Shown here: positions 50,454 to 62,000 of the stretch, one piece after another
Numbering within the stretch: the stretch's first letter is position 1
Layout of the letters: the number at the start of each line of letters is the position of its first letter
NCBI GenBank assembly: GCA_002269645.1
Contig: NIVC01001100.1
Span: forward strand, 294,015 to 358,014
DNA: 64,000 bases
Direction: 5' to 3'
DNA from: Macrostomum lignano
Taxonomy: Eukaryota
Program-made: the position numbers and the translations under genes
Notes under the pieces: model-generated
The model's input: only the letters and a program-made list of their open reading frames with translations
Database searches by the model: none
What the model was told of the DNA's origin: nothing

Positions 50454-52035
50454 TTAGATTTGATATTTGTGCTTCTGCGTGCAGCCATAGAACTCGCACA
50501 CAGAGGCCGCCTGATAGGGAATGAGCTGCGGTCTCAGGCCAGCTCTGGCCCGGTTGATCTCGATGCTGAGCTGCGGGACCGTCGGCTTCCTGGCCTGGCA
50601 GCCAAACACGAGCACATTGTTGACGTGGACAGATATACAGTTGTAGGTCGTTGGGTCTTCTCTGGCTAGGACAAAAATATTCGAGCCGAACTCTTTCTCC
50701 AAGCCTTGACGCAGTTCGTGAAAAACCTGCATTTGGGAGCATGGGAAATAATATTGATTATTACATGAGCTAACTGCAGGATTGTGTCCAACCCTGGCTG
50801 CTGAAGAAATTTTGCTCGTTCCACTGACTCCTGAGCAGGGACGTGGCCATGGTTTTTTGGGGGGGGGGAAGCCTAGACTTCTACACACGTACATGTACAC
50901 GACTAAGTTTACGTACATGTTTATACGTATACATTATTTTTAGAATTGGTGCTGTCAGTGCTCATTTTAGCGCCGCAGCTGCATTCATTTTAGCGCCGCA
51001 GCTGCATTCATTTTAGCGCCGCAGCTGCATTCATTTTAGCGCCGCAGCTGCATTCATTTTAGCGCCGCAGCTGCATTCATTTTAGCGCCGCAGCTGCATT
51101 CATTTTAGCGCCGCAGCTGCATTCATTTTAGCGCCGCAGCTGCATTCATTTTAGCGCCGCAGCTGCATTCATTTTAGCGCCGCAGCTGCATTCATTTTAG
51201 CGCCGCAGCTGCATTCATTTTAGCGCCGCAGCTGCATTCATTTTAGCGCCGCAGCTGCATTCATTTTAGCGCCGCAGCTGCATTCATTTTAGCGCCGCAG
51301 CTGCATTCATTTTAGCGCCGCAGCTGCATTCATTTTAGCGCCGCAGCTGCATTCATTTTAGCGCCACAGCTGCATTCATTTTAGCGCCGCAGCTGCATTC
51401 ATTTTAGCGCCACAGGCACTCATTTTAGCGCCGTAGCTGCATTCATTTTAGCGCCACAGGCTCTCATTTTAGCCCCACAGGCACTCATTTTAGCGCCGCT
51501 GGCACTCATTTTAGCGCCGCAGGCACTCACTTTAGCGCCACAGGCACTCACTTTAGCGCCACAGGCACTCACTTTAGCGCCACAGGCATTCATTTTAGCG
51601 CCACAGGCATTCATTTTAGCGCCGCAGGCACTCATTTTAGCGCCACAGGCACTCACTTTAGCGCCACAGGCACTCATTTTAGCGCCGCAGCCACTCATTT
51701 TAGCGGCACTAAAATGAGTGAACATGAGTATTCAAGTAGTATATCTAGTAATCTCCCGCAAGCCTGCATGTAAACTTAGTGCAGAGAGTAGAGTCAGAGG
51801 TACATGTGTACTGCTTTACCTGCTCCCCATGCGTGCCGTTGGAGCACAGGCTGCCATAAGTAATGATGACTTCAACCTCAGCGGCTGCCCTGGCCGACTC
51901 AATATTATCCAGCTCCTGGTCGTTGAGCTCCTGAACGTCGCTCTGCTCGCTATTTCTGTCGGCCATACTCGTCCGGACCAAGCAGCTGATGCCGAGGCCG
52001 GAGCTACAGGCGTCTGCTATGAAGTTAGTCGCCAT
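50454..52035 (-). CDS. Rdx-family (SelW/MIEN1-like) thioredoxin-fold protein; join complement(51820-52035 [or from ATG 51966], 50454-50726)
   Basis: The spliced product VEVIITYGSLCS..VFHELRQGLEKEFGSNIFVLARE..ISVHVNNVLVFG..P..L..INRA aligns by eye with the Rdx pattern (V.V.YC..C..(F/Y).EL...L...F....I.....F.V.VN..LVF....P....I..A). Donor CAG|GTAAAG and acceptor aaatgcag|GTT are both phase 0. Confidence 0.62.
50961..51720. repeat. 23-bp minisatellite (CATTTTAGCGCCGCAGCTGCATT) switching to 21-bp units (CATTTTAGCGCCACAGGCACT) and ending in a fold-back
   Basis: Direct reading. It lies within the Rdx gene intron. Confidence 0.96.
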
Positions 52036-52134
52036 CGGAGAGTTTCTGTGTCCAGTTTAGAAAAGCACCGTTTCTCTCTGATACTCGTAGAAATCCGCGC
52101 TTGTAGTTACTGAGGGTGAATTTTGAGTTCACCT

Positions 52135-52504
52135 CAGTTGGTCTGCTGCGCGCCGCCTTCAACATCGGCGTCGAGCGAGTCACCAACGCGGCACTCTATC
52201 GCCGCGCTGGCCTGCCACGTCCAAGTGATCTACTGCGCCGTCGGCGACTCCAGCTCGCAGGCCATCTCATCCGCGCCGAGTCGTACTGCCCACAGCCGGT
52301 GCAGGAGGTGCTGCTGCTCACGCTGCAGGCACCCTACCGGCGAGGTCAAGCGCGAACTCGGCGTTATGTCGACTGTCTGCTGGCTGACGCCGGCGCCCCG
52401 GACACTGCCGGTGGCGCGGCCTTTGTTCGCGCCCAAGCCATGAAGCGCGCCCTGTGACGCTGACTTTTACCATCATGACAGCGTATTTTGTTGTTGTTGT
52501 GTTG
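52135..52504 (+). mobile_element. 5'-truncated RTE-clade-like non-LTR retrotransposon 3' end with (GTT)n tail and 13-bp TSD
   Basis: Translation LRAAFNIG.ERVTNAALYRR....S.LLRRRRLQLAGHLIR..V.EVLL....RRGQAR..Y.D.L..D resembles the post-RT C-terminal tract of RTE elements. TTTGAGTTCACCT is duplicated at 52122-52134 and 52505-52517. Confidence 0.8.
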
Positions 52505-53143
52505 TTTGAGTTCACCTGTGGACTGCTATCATGATACCCTGGACTGGAAACAGCAGATTGCTTTTTGTCTGTGGCCAAAATCCTAGCTGTTGGTATGTAA
52601 GAATAGCACTCGAAACACCGACTATTGAGCAGCATTGCATTGCAGTTCTGAGTCTCCCTTTCAGCCATGGCTTAACCCCAACTCTTCCTTTTGATGCTTG
52701 GCCTACCAATAACTCCCAATGGACCCTTGGCATCTCAGCCATTGCCCCAAGAGCCACAGCATTTCAGCGATTCCCACATAAACCTTGACTTCATGGCAAT
52801 TTCCACTATGAATCTTGACATCTCAGCAACTCTTGTTCACTCGTGAACTCAACTGCCGTAGTCTATTAATGAAATGAATAAAATACATTGCCCGAAATAT
52901 TTGTTCATGGCAATGACCTCCGGACAATGACCGGCCATTTTCTGGAGGTAAAAAAACAAGACTGGACAACAATACCATAGGCGAAAAAAGTAACACGAAG
53001 CGTGAAATTCTTATATTTATTGAAGTCCAACAAAAATGTTCCAACAATAACACTGCTTAGTCAATTGAGTGCAAGTCTAACCTATGGTCATGTTCTCATC
53101 ACGACAGCAGGAGAAAGTCCAGAAAATACGACGGTTGAGTCCA

Positions 53144-54600
53144 TTACTCAAATTTGCAACCATTGAATGAACAGTTGTGGAAACTGTACCTGACCGACGG
53201 ATTGTCATGACTGATGCCGGTGATCTGCACGGAAGACGACACAGGTACTGGCACCGGTGAACTCTCACGCAATAGAGTCGCAACAGCTTGTGAAGAACCA
53301 TTCAAATCAAGTGCCATAGAAACAGCCTCACTGGTAGACTGCAGCGAGCGATCACGGCGCTTGGACAGGTAACGGCGAGTTGTCCTCTCAGAAACCTGAC
53401 CGGTTATCGACATGATGTCAGCCAGGTTGTACCCAGCAGCCTCTAGATCAGCAATCCTGCTCACTCTACAACAGAAATAAAGTATTGCATAGAAAATATG
53501 CAACTGGTTTAAAGCAATATGAAGAAAAAGGCTTACCGAATGCAATGATTCGTGTACATCTTGGACAAACCGGCCTTCTCGCTCAAGTTTCGCATGAAAC
53601 GCAGGAAGTAGTTCTCCCCGCGATTCTGCTTTGTTGAGAACATAGGCTGTCCATTGGAATCCGTGTTGGATAGTGGACGCGGGAACAGATGGTTGTCCTT
53701 GGTTGTTGGAGGTAGCAGTTGTAGATATCTCCTCACTTTGGCCGTGTCGTAGATCCGAGCTTGTTTGTTGTCCGGCCTGGCCTTCGCCTTCACAGGATCG
53801 GCTGACTTATTCTTCGTTGGCAGAGCAGGAAGACAGTAGTACTCCTTGCCGTCAGAATCCGTGTGCAATTCAAGCGAGTCCCTTTGTCTCAGGAACTTCA
53901 GATGCTCCTGGCCACGCTCTCCAAAGGAGTAAAGAACATAGAACAGAAATTTAGCCTGCTCGATTTCAGCCGTAGTCCCTTCAAAGTAGCACCGCAACTT
54001 CTGCATGTCGCCTTCTTCAATTGGTTCATACTGCCTGGTGCAGCCACCATCTCGATGGAAATCACGAACCTTGACACGCAGCATCTCGTTGCAGGATTTG
54101 AATTCCTCACCACCGATTATATCGACAGGCAGCTTCAGAACCATGCGTAGGAAACGCTGAATTCCAGCCCGGATACAGATGAGAGAGGCCGGCGAGTAGA
54201 ACGAGCCATCCTGTTTCTTCAGCTTGAAGTAGAAGTACCGAAGATATTGGTTCAATGTAGGATTGTTGACATGCTGAATGTTGCGCAGATTCTCCCCTTC
54301 CAGGAAGTCTCGAAAACGTTGGCCATGCTGGTACATCTGCTTCCGAGTATCCTCAGGCAGACTCTCGATCTCGATTCTGTCCATCTCGGAAACGTCTATC
54401 TTTTCATCTCCATCGATCATTGGCAGCCCAGTATCAGCTGGACCATTTTGGACATACTTCAGGAACGCATCGAAATCTTCGTCGTGCCGATCAACGGCAG
54501 AGGATTCCGAGAGGAAGTTCAGTTCATCCTGCGTGATGTTGCCGAGGTCCTCACACGGGAGGTTACCCCAATTAATATAATGTATTATCGGGTCGCTCAT
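53144..54600 (-). CDS. Crypton-type (DUF3504-like) tyrosine recombinase, ~461 aa; join complement(53537-54600, 53144-53465)
   Basis: KK.DGS.YSP.SL..IRAGIQRFL core-binding region; catalytic positions R (GERGQE), K (TKN), H-x-x-R (TNHCIR), TGQ and Y (TRRY). A 71-nt intron (CG|GTAAG..tgtag|A) joins ORFs 53533-54600 and 53144-53545 in frame. Confidence 0.88.
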
Positions 54601-54841
54601 GATGGACAGAAAACTCTTGAATCAACAGGTTTGGACAGACTACTTACTGCCTGGGAATCCCTCACACAAACCCCTTCACCCCCACTGAAAGTTTTGCCAT
54701 AGACATTTCAACCCTCCATTCAATCAATAGGATTGTCATTGCCATGAACTCTCCACGCCTTTTGGCTTTCGTGCCATAGACGTTTGTGCCTCCTCCTTCT
54801 GGGCCACTTCGATTCGTGCCATAGATATTTCCTGCAATGAA

Positions 54842-54943
54842 GTTAACTGGAAGAGAGAACTCCAGGCAACGGCCAAATTTCCACTCGCGGCTAGCGCCGC
54901 TCGTGGCTTTGGCCGTTGCCTGGAGTTCTCTCTTCCAGTTAAC
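54842..54943. other. Perfect 36-bp inverted repeat with a 30-nt partly self-pairing loop
   Basis: GTTAACTGGAAGAGAGAACTCCAGGCAACGGCCAAA (54842-54877) is the exact reverse complement of 54908-54943. Confidence 0.97.
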
Positions 54944-55604
54944 CCCCCATTGCAATTCAAAATTCATGGGATTCAAGCAATAGATTTACCAAAATTCAGC
55001 AAACCTACATGCTGTTCCTATTGTTTTAATGTAATTTGATGCAAACAGATTAAAATGTTTGAATTACGATTTTTATAGGTTTTTTGTATCTGAAAAAATA
55101 TCGAGATCTCAATGCTGAAATCTGAGAGTTATAATTTTAATTTTACTTAATTTTAATTATTTTATGTCACTTTAATAGGCTCGATTGTAGGAACGGTATT
55201 CAATGAAAAAAAGACCATGCTTAAAAGAACTAGCCTTAATAAACTCCGTTTGCATGCAATGAATGTGTTTCAAGAATGGATTTTAATTTAACACAATTAT
55301 ATTTAATTAAGCAGCTCTTGAATATAACTTGAGTATAAATCTGAAAATACTATATTATAACTATACGCATACTAATATTAATACAAAGATTAATAAAATG
55401 TAAAACACGTGTACCAATAAACTGTGCAAACAACAGGCAGCAAAGCTTGATTGTTTTCCATCAGCCAATTATATTGTAGATAAGATTGAAACAGACTAGT
55501 AGAGAGTAATTAAAATTTGAGTTAATAACTACATTGAGGTTTGCTTTGCTCCAAACAACAATATTTATATTTCAGGTCGTCAACTACTAGGAAATATCGA
55601 TAAA

Positions 55605-56250
55605 GTGCAGCTGGCGGGGAGAGGAAAGAGAGAGGAAAGAGGAAAGAGGGTTTGGGGGTTAATAGCCAGACCAGAAAATCGATAACCCTCTCTTACCACC
55701 AACCCATTCTGCCAGAGTCTACAATAGCGTTTAAGTGTGGCTGGCGGGGAGAAGAAAGACACATGGGGGTTAATAGCCAGACCAGAAAATCGATAACCCT
55801 CACCCACCACCCCATTCTGCCAGTCTACAAAAGCGATTAAGTGTGGCTGGCGGGGAGAAGAAAGACACATGGGGGTTAATAGCCAGACCAGAAAATCGAT
55901 AACCCTCTCTTACCACCACCCATTCTGCCAGAGTCTACAATAGCGATTAAGTGTGGCTGGCGGGGAGAAGAAAGACACATGGGGGTTAATAGCCAGACCA
56001 GAAAATCGATAACCCTCACCCACCACCCCATTCTGCCAGTCTACAAAAGCGATTAAGTGTGGCTGGCGGGGAGAAGAAAGACACATGGGGGTTAATAGCC
56101 AGACCAGAAAATCGATAACCCTCTCTTACCACCACCCATTCTGCCAGAGTCTACAATAGCGATTAAGTGTGGCTGGCGGGGAGAAGAAAGACACATGGGG
56201 GTTAATAGCCAGACCAGAAAATCGATAACCCTCACCCACCACCCCATTTG
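55605..56250. repeat. Tandem repeat of alternating 106/110-bp units (~6 copies)
   Basis: CTGGCGGGGAGA starts at 55611, 55741, 55847, 55957, 56063 and 56173. Confidence 0.94.
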
Positions 56251-57342
56251 GTCACAAGTGCACTCAAGAAATAAAATTAAATCGTAACAATTGAATCGAA
56301 CTGTCTATCCACGAAGTCTAAAATGATTGGCTGTTGGATAAAGTCAATTTTTACCGCTCAGTTGAGCAGACAGTTTCCGGATACTCGTACATGAGCCAAA
56401 TTCCGTACGTAGGTGTAGGTCAATTTCTATATAAAAATCACAATATTGCTTTGCAGCAAATGGGTAAAGAAGTCAAACAAAAACTAAATTGGTGCACAAT
56501 AAAGGAAACATAAATACACACTGATACACGCAAATGTCAAATAAAATGAATTCGTCATGAGGCAGTGACATGTCGCCACAGTTGAAATGGATTACAAGTT
56601 GCACTTTAACTTAAATACATAAACATAAGAAATGTAGACAACAATAAAAGCTTGTGACTAACGAGGTCAAAATTGCGTTGAAGTAAAATCATAACTCAAT
56701 TGCGCATAGTTTAATAATGATAATGAGATAAGCTCATGACAGATCCTTCTATGCATTATTATGTAAGCAATAAATATATGAGAATAACTTTATAGAAAAG
56801 CCGATTCATCTCGAACTCTATTGTTGGGGGTTATCCTGTTGTTCGTACGAGCGCAGTTATAAGTTTTGTTGTCTTAATTCACTTGTTCGCTTCTTGGCTC
56901 AAGACACGAGCTCGGGACCTTTGGCACAGATGAGCAAAAGTCATCGTATTGCCCGTTTGGATTTTGCTTTAGGTCAATGGTCAATTGACTAAATAAAGCA
57001 TTATGTATAGAGTCGTATCGATAAAAGTTAACGTTTAGTAATATTATTATTTCACGAGCAACTACATATTTTAGCATATGCTGGATTAGATACTAAACAC
57101 GGCGTTAGAAAAAACAGAAAAGTACATGTAGAGAAACATGTAAATTTTATTTATAAGCTACACGCAATAATAATTAATTGAAGGGGGATGGGATTCTTTT
57201 AGATTAATAATTTTCCTGCTGCATTGGATTACCAATATCTTTTTTATTTAAGAATACAAAATTACTGAACAAGCTGTGGCAAACAAAGTGCCATAAACAG
57301 CACCCGCTTTATAAAAATTAAAAATGTTCGCCTAAACATCAC

Positions 57343-58745
57343 CCCAACCCGCCTGGGTCTTATCTACTTCCAAAACACCAATAAAATCAGTGTTGGCTTG
57401 GATAGGAAAGAGAGAGCAGGGGTAGAGGAGCCCAGCACCCCAACTCGCCTGGGTCTTATCTAATTCCAAAACACCAATAAAATCTGTGTTGGCTTAAACA
57501 GAAAAGAGAGAGCAGGGGTAGAGGAGCCCAGCACCCCAACTCGCCTGGGTCTTATCTAATTCCAAAACGCCAATAAAATCAGTGTTGGCTTGGATAGGAA
57601 AGAGAGAGCAGGGGTAGAGAAGCCCAGAACCCCAACTCGCCTGGGTCTTATATAATTCCAAAACGCCAATAAAATCAGTGTTGGCTTGGACAGGAAAGAG
57701 GAAGCAGGGGTAGAGGAGCCCACCACCCCAACTCGCCTGGGTCTTATATAATTCCAAAACACCAATAAAATCAGTGTTGGCTTGGACAGGAAAGAGGAAG
57801 CAGGGGTAGAGGAGCCCACCACCCCAACTCGCCTGGGTCTTATCTAATTCCAAAACACCAATAAAATCTGTGTTGGCTTAAACAGAAAAGAGAGAGCAGG
57901 GGTAGAGGAGCCCAGCACCCCAACTCGCCTGGGTCTTATCTAATTCCAAAACGCCAATAAAATCAGTGTTGGCTTGGATAGGAAAGAGAGAGCAGGGGTA
58001 GAGAAGCCCAGAACCCCAACTCGCCTGGGTCTTATATAATTCCAAAACGCCAATAAAATCAGTGTTGGCTTGGACAGGAAAGAGGAAGCAGGGGTAGAGG
58101 AGCCCACCACCCAACTCGCCTGGGTCTTATATAATTCCAAAACACCAATAAAATCAGTGTTGGCTTGGACAGGAAAGAGGAAGCAGGGGTAGAGGAGCCC
58201 ACCACCCCAACTCGCCTGGGTCTTATCTAATTCCAAAACACCAATAAAATCTGTGTTGGCTTAAACAGAAAAGAGAGAGCAGGGGTAGAGGAGCCCAGCA
58301 CCCCAACTCGCCTGGGTCTTATCTAATTCCAAAACGCCAATAAAATCAGTGTTGGCTTGGATAGGAAAGAGAGAGCAGGGGTAGAGAAGCCCAGAACCCC
58401 AACTCGCCTGGGTCTTATATAATTCCAAAACACCAATAAAATCAGTGTTGGCTTGGACAGGAAAGAGGAAGCAGGGGTAGAGGAGCTCACCACCCCAACT
58501 CGCCTGGGTCTTATATAATTCCAAAACGCCAATAAAATCAGTGTTGGCTTGGATAGGAAAGAGAGAGCAGGGGTAGAGAAGCCCAAAACCCCAACTCGCC
58601 TGGGTCTTATATAATTCCAAAACACCAATAAAATCAGTGTTGGCTTAAACAGAAAAGAGAGAGCAGGGGTAGAGGAGCCCAGCACCCCAATTCGCCTGGG
58701 TCTTATCTAATTCCAAAACGGTTTGGATGAGGAGCTTACCACCCC
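57343..58745. repeat. 96-bp satellite, ~14.5 units, with 4-unit (~384-bp) higher-order periodicity
   Basis: 32-aa pseudo-period. The GGCTTAAACAGAAAAG variant unit recurs at ~57484, 57868, 58251 and 58635. Confidence 0.95.
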
Positions 58746-59079
58746 AATGTGTTACGGTTTTACGAGTATACTATGGCAAAGTAGATAGCCCTTTAAGTCT
58801 ATAAAGTCTATAGACAAAATGAGCGACATCTAATCGAAAAGATAAAAAACACTTGAACAGAAAGACAAACAGAGGTACTAAAACACAGACCAAAGTTTCT
58901 TGACTAGAATAATTTGCTAGACAGAGGTTGAATATCATAAAAACATAGCCAAAAACAATAGAAAAATTTTCGTCGTAACTGAATGGAGCAGAGACAATCC
59001 ATAATGCATTGATAGACCAAAGTCCACAAGTCTCAGTTTTTTCCTCAAAAGACTCAACCGGAGTCAGATCAACTCAAAC

Positions 59080-62000
59080 TCAAGCATTATTGACCAGATA
59101 GGCTCCGCTGTTGGGCCGGCTTCCCGTGCTCACCGTGGCCGTTTCCTCCAGCTCCTGGATCGGGTCCAGAAACGAGCAGGCCGTGGCCTGATAGAAGCCG
59201 GCGTGCTCAGCAACGGGGAACAGGGGATCAGCGGCGGGGCTCACGCCCTCGGCCAGCTGCGGATCGATGCCGGCGTAGACGGGCCGGTAGAGCGACCGGG
59301 TAGGGGAGATCGAACCCTGGTCGGCCGCCGCCGAGGCCGACAACTGCCGGAAATGGGAGGGGGGTTGGGTGGCTTGAGATCGTGAAACTGCAGCAGGGAG
59401 AGCGGCAGTTTTCTTTGCTTTTGCTTGAATATAAAAATATTTCTTGCTTTAGGGTTTAAAAAATGTAAGTGTTAAAAATCGTGAATAAATCGTTCTTTTG
59501 TTTTTCTGCCCTCGATTTTCACTTATCCGCGCAGAAATCCCCTCCAAACTTCATCTCAATCCTCCCCTGTCTCTCTTGATCCTCCCCTCCTCTTTACCCT
59601 CTTCGCTCCCTCTTTACCCTCCTCGGTCCCTCTCTACCCTCCTCTCTCCTCTTTACCCTCCTCGCTCCCTCTTTACCCTCCTCTCTCCCTCTTTACCCTC
59701 CTCTCTCCCTCTTTTCCCTCCTCTCTCCTCTTTACCCTCCTCTCTCCTTCTTTACCCTCCTCTCTCCCTATTTACCCTCCTCTCTCCTCTTTACCCTCCT
59801 CTCTCCTCTTTACCCTCCTCTCTCCCTTTTTAACCTCCTCTATCCCTCTTTACCCTCCTCTCTCCCTCTTTACCCTCCTCTCTCCCTCTTTACCCTCCTC
59901 TCTCCCTCTTTACCCTCCTCTCTCCCTCTTTACCCTCCTCTCTCCCTCTTTACCCATACTTCCTGATAATGCTCCATTTAGGTGTCAAAAAACCACTGAC
60001 AAGAACACGTAAATTTAAAGTTTTTATCCTGCAGTTATTTATAGTTTTTCAAACGTTTACATACAATGATTTACAAATATTAAACAATCGAACGAAAACA
60101 GAATTTTTACTCCTTTTTTTATCAGCATTAAGCGTCACCGAACTACTAATAGTAAAAGATCCGCGCATAAATTGCTATTTAGACTTACCCCGTAAGAGAC
60201 AGTGCGTATTCGCATTATTGAGTTCACTTAAGCAGATATGAGCTTACGAGTATCAGTGCTAAGCTGATGTAATAATATAACAATTATAATAGCAACCATA
60301 TTTACACGAGCGAGGTTCTCAACTAAATTTTATCAAAAAATTTCTTACTATCAAAAGATTATGGACATAAAACTCAAAACTTATCTAGAATTATCTTCAG
60401 AAATAAACTTTCGATACGTATATCTACCTAGCTACTCTCTCCCATCTACCTCTTTACTCTTCTATCTACCTATCTGCTCTCTCTCCCATCTACCTCTTTA
60501 CTCTCTCGTTATCTGCTTGTCTCCTCTCTCCCATCTATCGGTTTACTCTCTCTTATCTACCAGTATATTTTCACCTATCTAATAAGCTACTCCCTCCCAT
60601 CTACCAGTCTACTCTCTCCCATCAACCTTTTTACTCTCTCTTATCTACTTATCTCCTTTCCCTATCTACCATTCTACTCTCCAATCTACCAGTCTACTCT
60701 TCTAATCTACCAGTCTACTCTTCCCATCTACCAGTCTACTCTTCTCATATACCAGTCTACTCTCTCTCATCTACCAGTCTACTCTCTCCATCTACCAGTC
60801 TACTCTCTCCATCTACCAGTCTACTCTCTCCATCTACCAGTCTACTCTCTCCATCTACCAGTCTACTCTCTCCATCTACCAGTCTACTCTCTCCATCTAC
60901 CAGTCTACTCTCTCCATCTACCAGTCTACTCTCTCCATCTACCAGTCTACTCTCTCCATCTACCTGCCTACTCTCTCCATCTACCTGCCTACTCTCTCCA
61001 TCTACCAGTCTACTCTCTCCATCTACCAGTCTACTCTCTCCATCTACCTGCCTACTCTCTCCATCTACCTGCCTACTCTCTCCATCTACCTGCCTACTCT
61101 CTCCATCTACCAGTCTACTCTCTCCATCTACCAGTCTACTCTCTCCATCTACCTGCCTACTCTCTCCATCTACCAGTCTACTCTCTCCATCTACCAGTCT
61201 ACTCTCTCCATCTACCAGTCTACTCTCTCCATCTACCAGTCTACTCTCTCCATCTACCAGTCTACTCTTCTCATATACCAGTCTACTCTCTCCCATCTAC
61301 CAGTCTACTCTTCTCATATACCAGTCTACTCTCTCTTATCTACCAGTCTACTCTCTAATTTTCTACCTGCCTACTCTCCCCATCTGTTTGTTGACTTTCT
61401 CCTATTTATCTGTCTACTCTCTGATCTACCTCCGGGTCCCTCAGTCTCCCTACTCTTCAGCAGATAAATTTTGGTCTCAAAGCGGATGCCAGCCAGGAAA
61501 TTCCCAAAAGCCCGCACAAAAGCTATTTTTTAGGTTTAAAGCGCGGAGGGGCGCACAAAGTCGCAGACAGTTTGTCCGGGACCGCCAAAGTGTTCGGAGC
61601 GATGCAGGGCGCCCTTCCAGACCACTTTGAACTCGGCGGACTGCGCCAGCCAGCTGGCAGAGGCCAACAGGTCATCGCCGCCGTTGTGGCGACTCTCTGA
61701 ATTGCCCGATGAGGCTTCCAGGCTGGCGTAGACGGTGGGGGACCTGACAGATGCCGTCTAAGGAGGCGCATTTCGAATATGGGATTAGTGGGGCTCTTTA
61801 ATAGCAGCGAAGCGGCTGGAGACTGAACAGAGGTTAAGGGAAGGAAGGAAAGGTAAGGAACCACTGCTTGATTAATAATTGTGCCCAGCAATTGAGGATC
61901 TGGGAGGCTGGCCCAGCAACTGAGGATCTGGGAGGCTGGCCCAGCAACTAAGGATCTGGGAGGCTGGCCCAGCAACTGGGGATCTGGGAGGCTGGTGGCC

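Larger units (their letters stand above)
52780..54970 (-). mobile_element. Putative Crypton-like DNA transposon containing the tyrosine recombinase (boundaries approximate)
   Basis: Recombinase gene plus a 15-bp inverted repeat (52903-52917 / 54735-54749), iterated TGCCAT(AGA/GAA) motifs and a long palindrome at 54842-54943. Confidence 0.6.
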
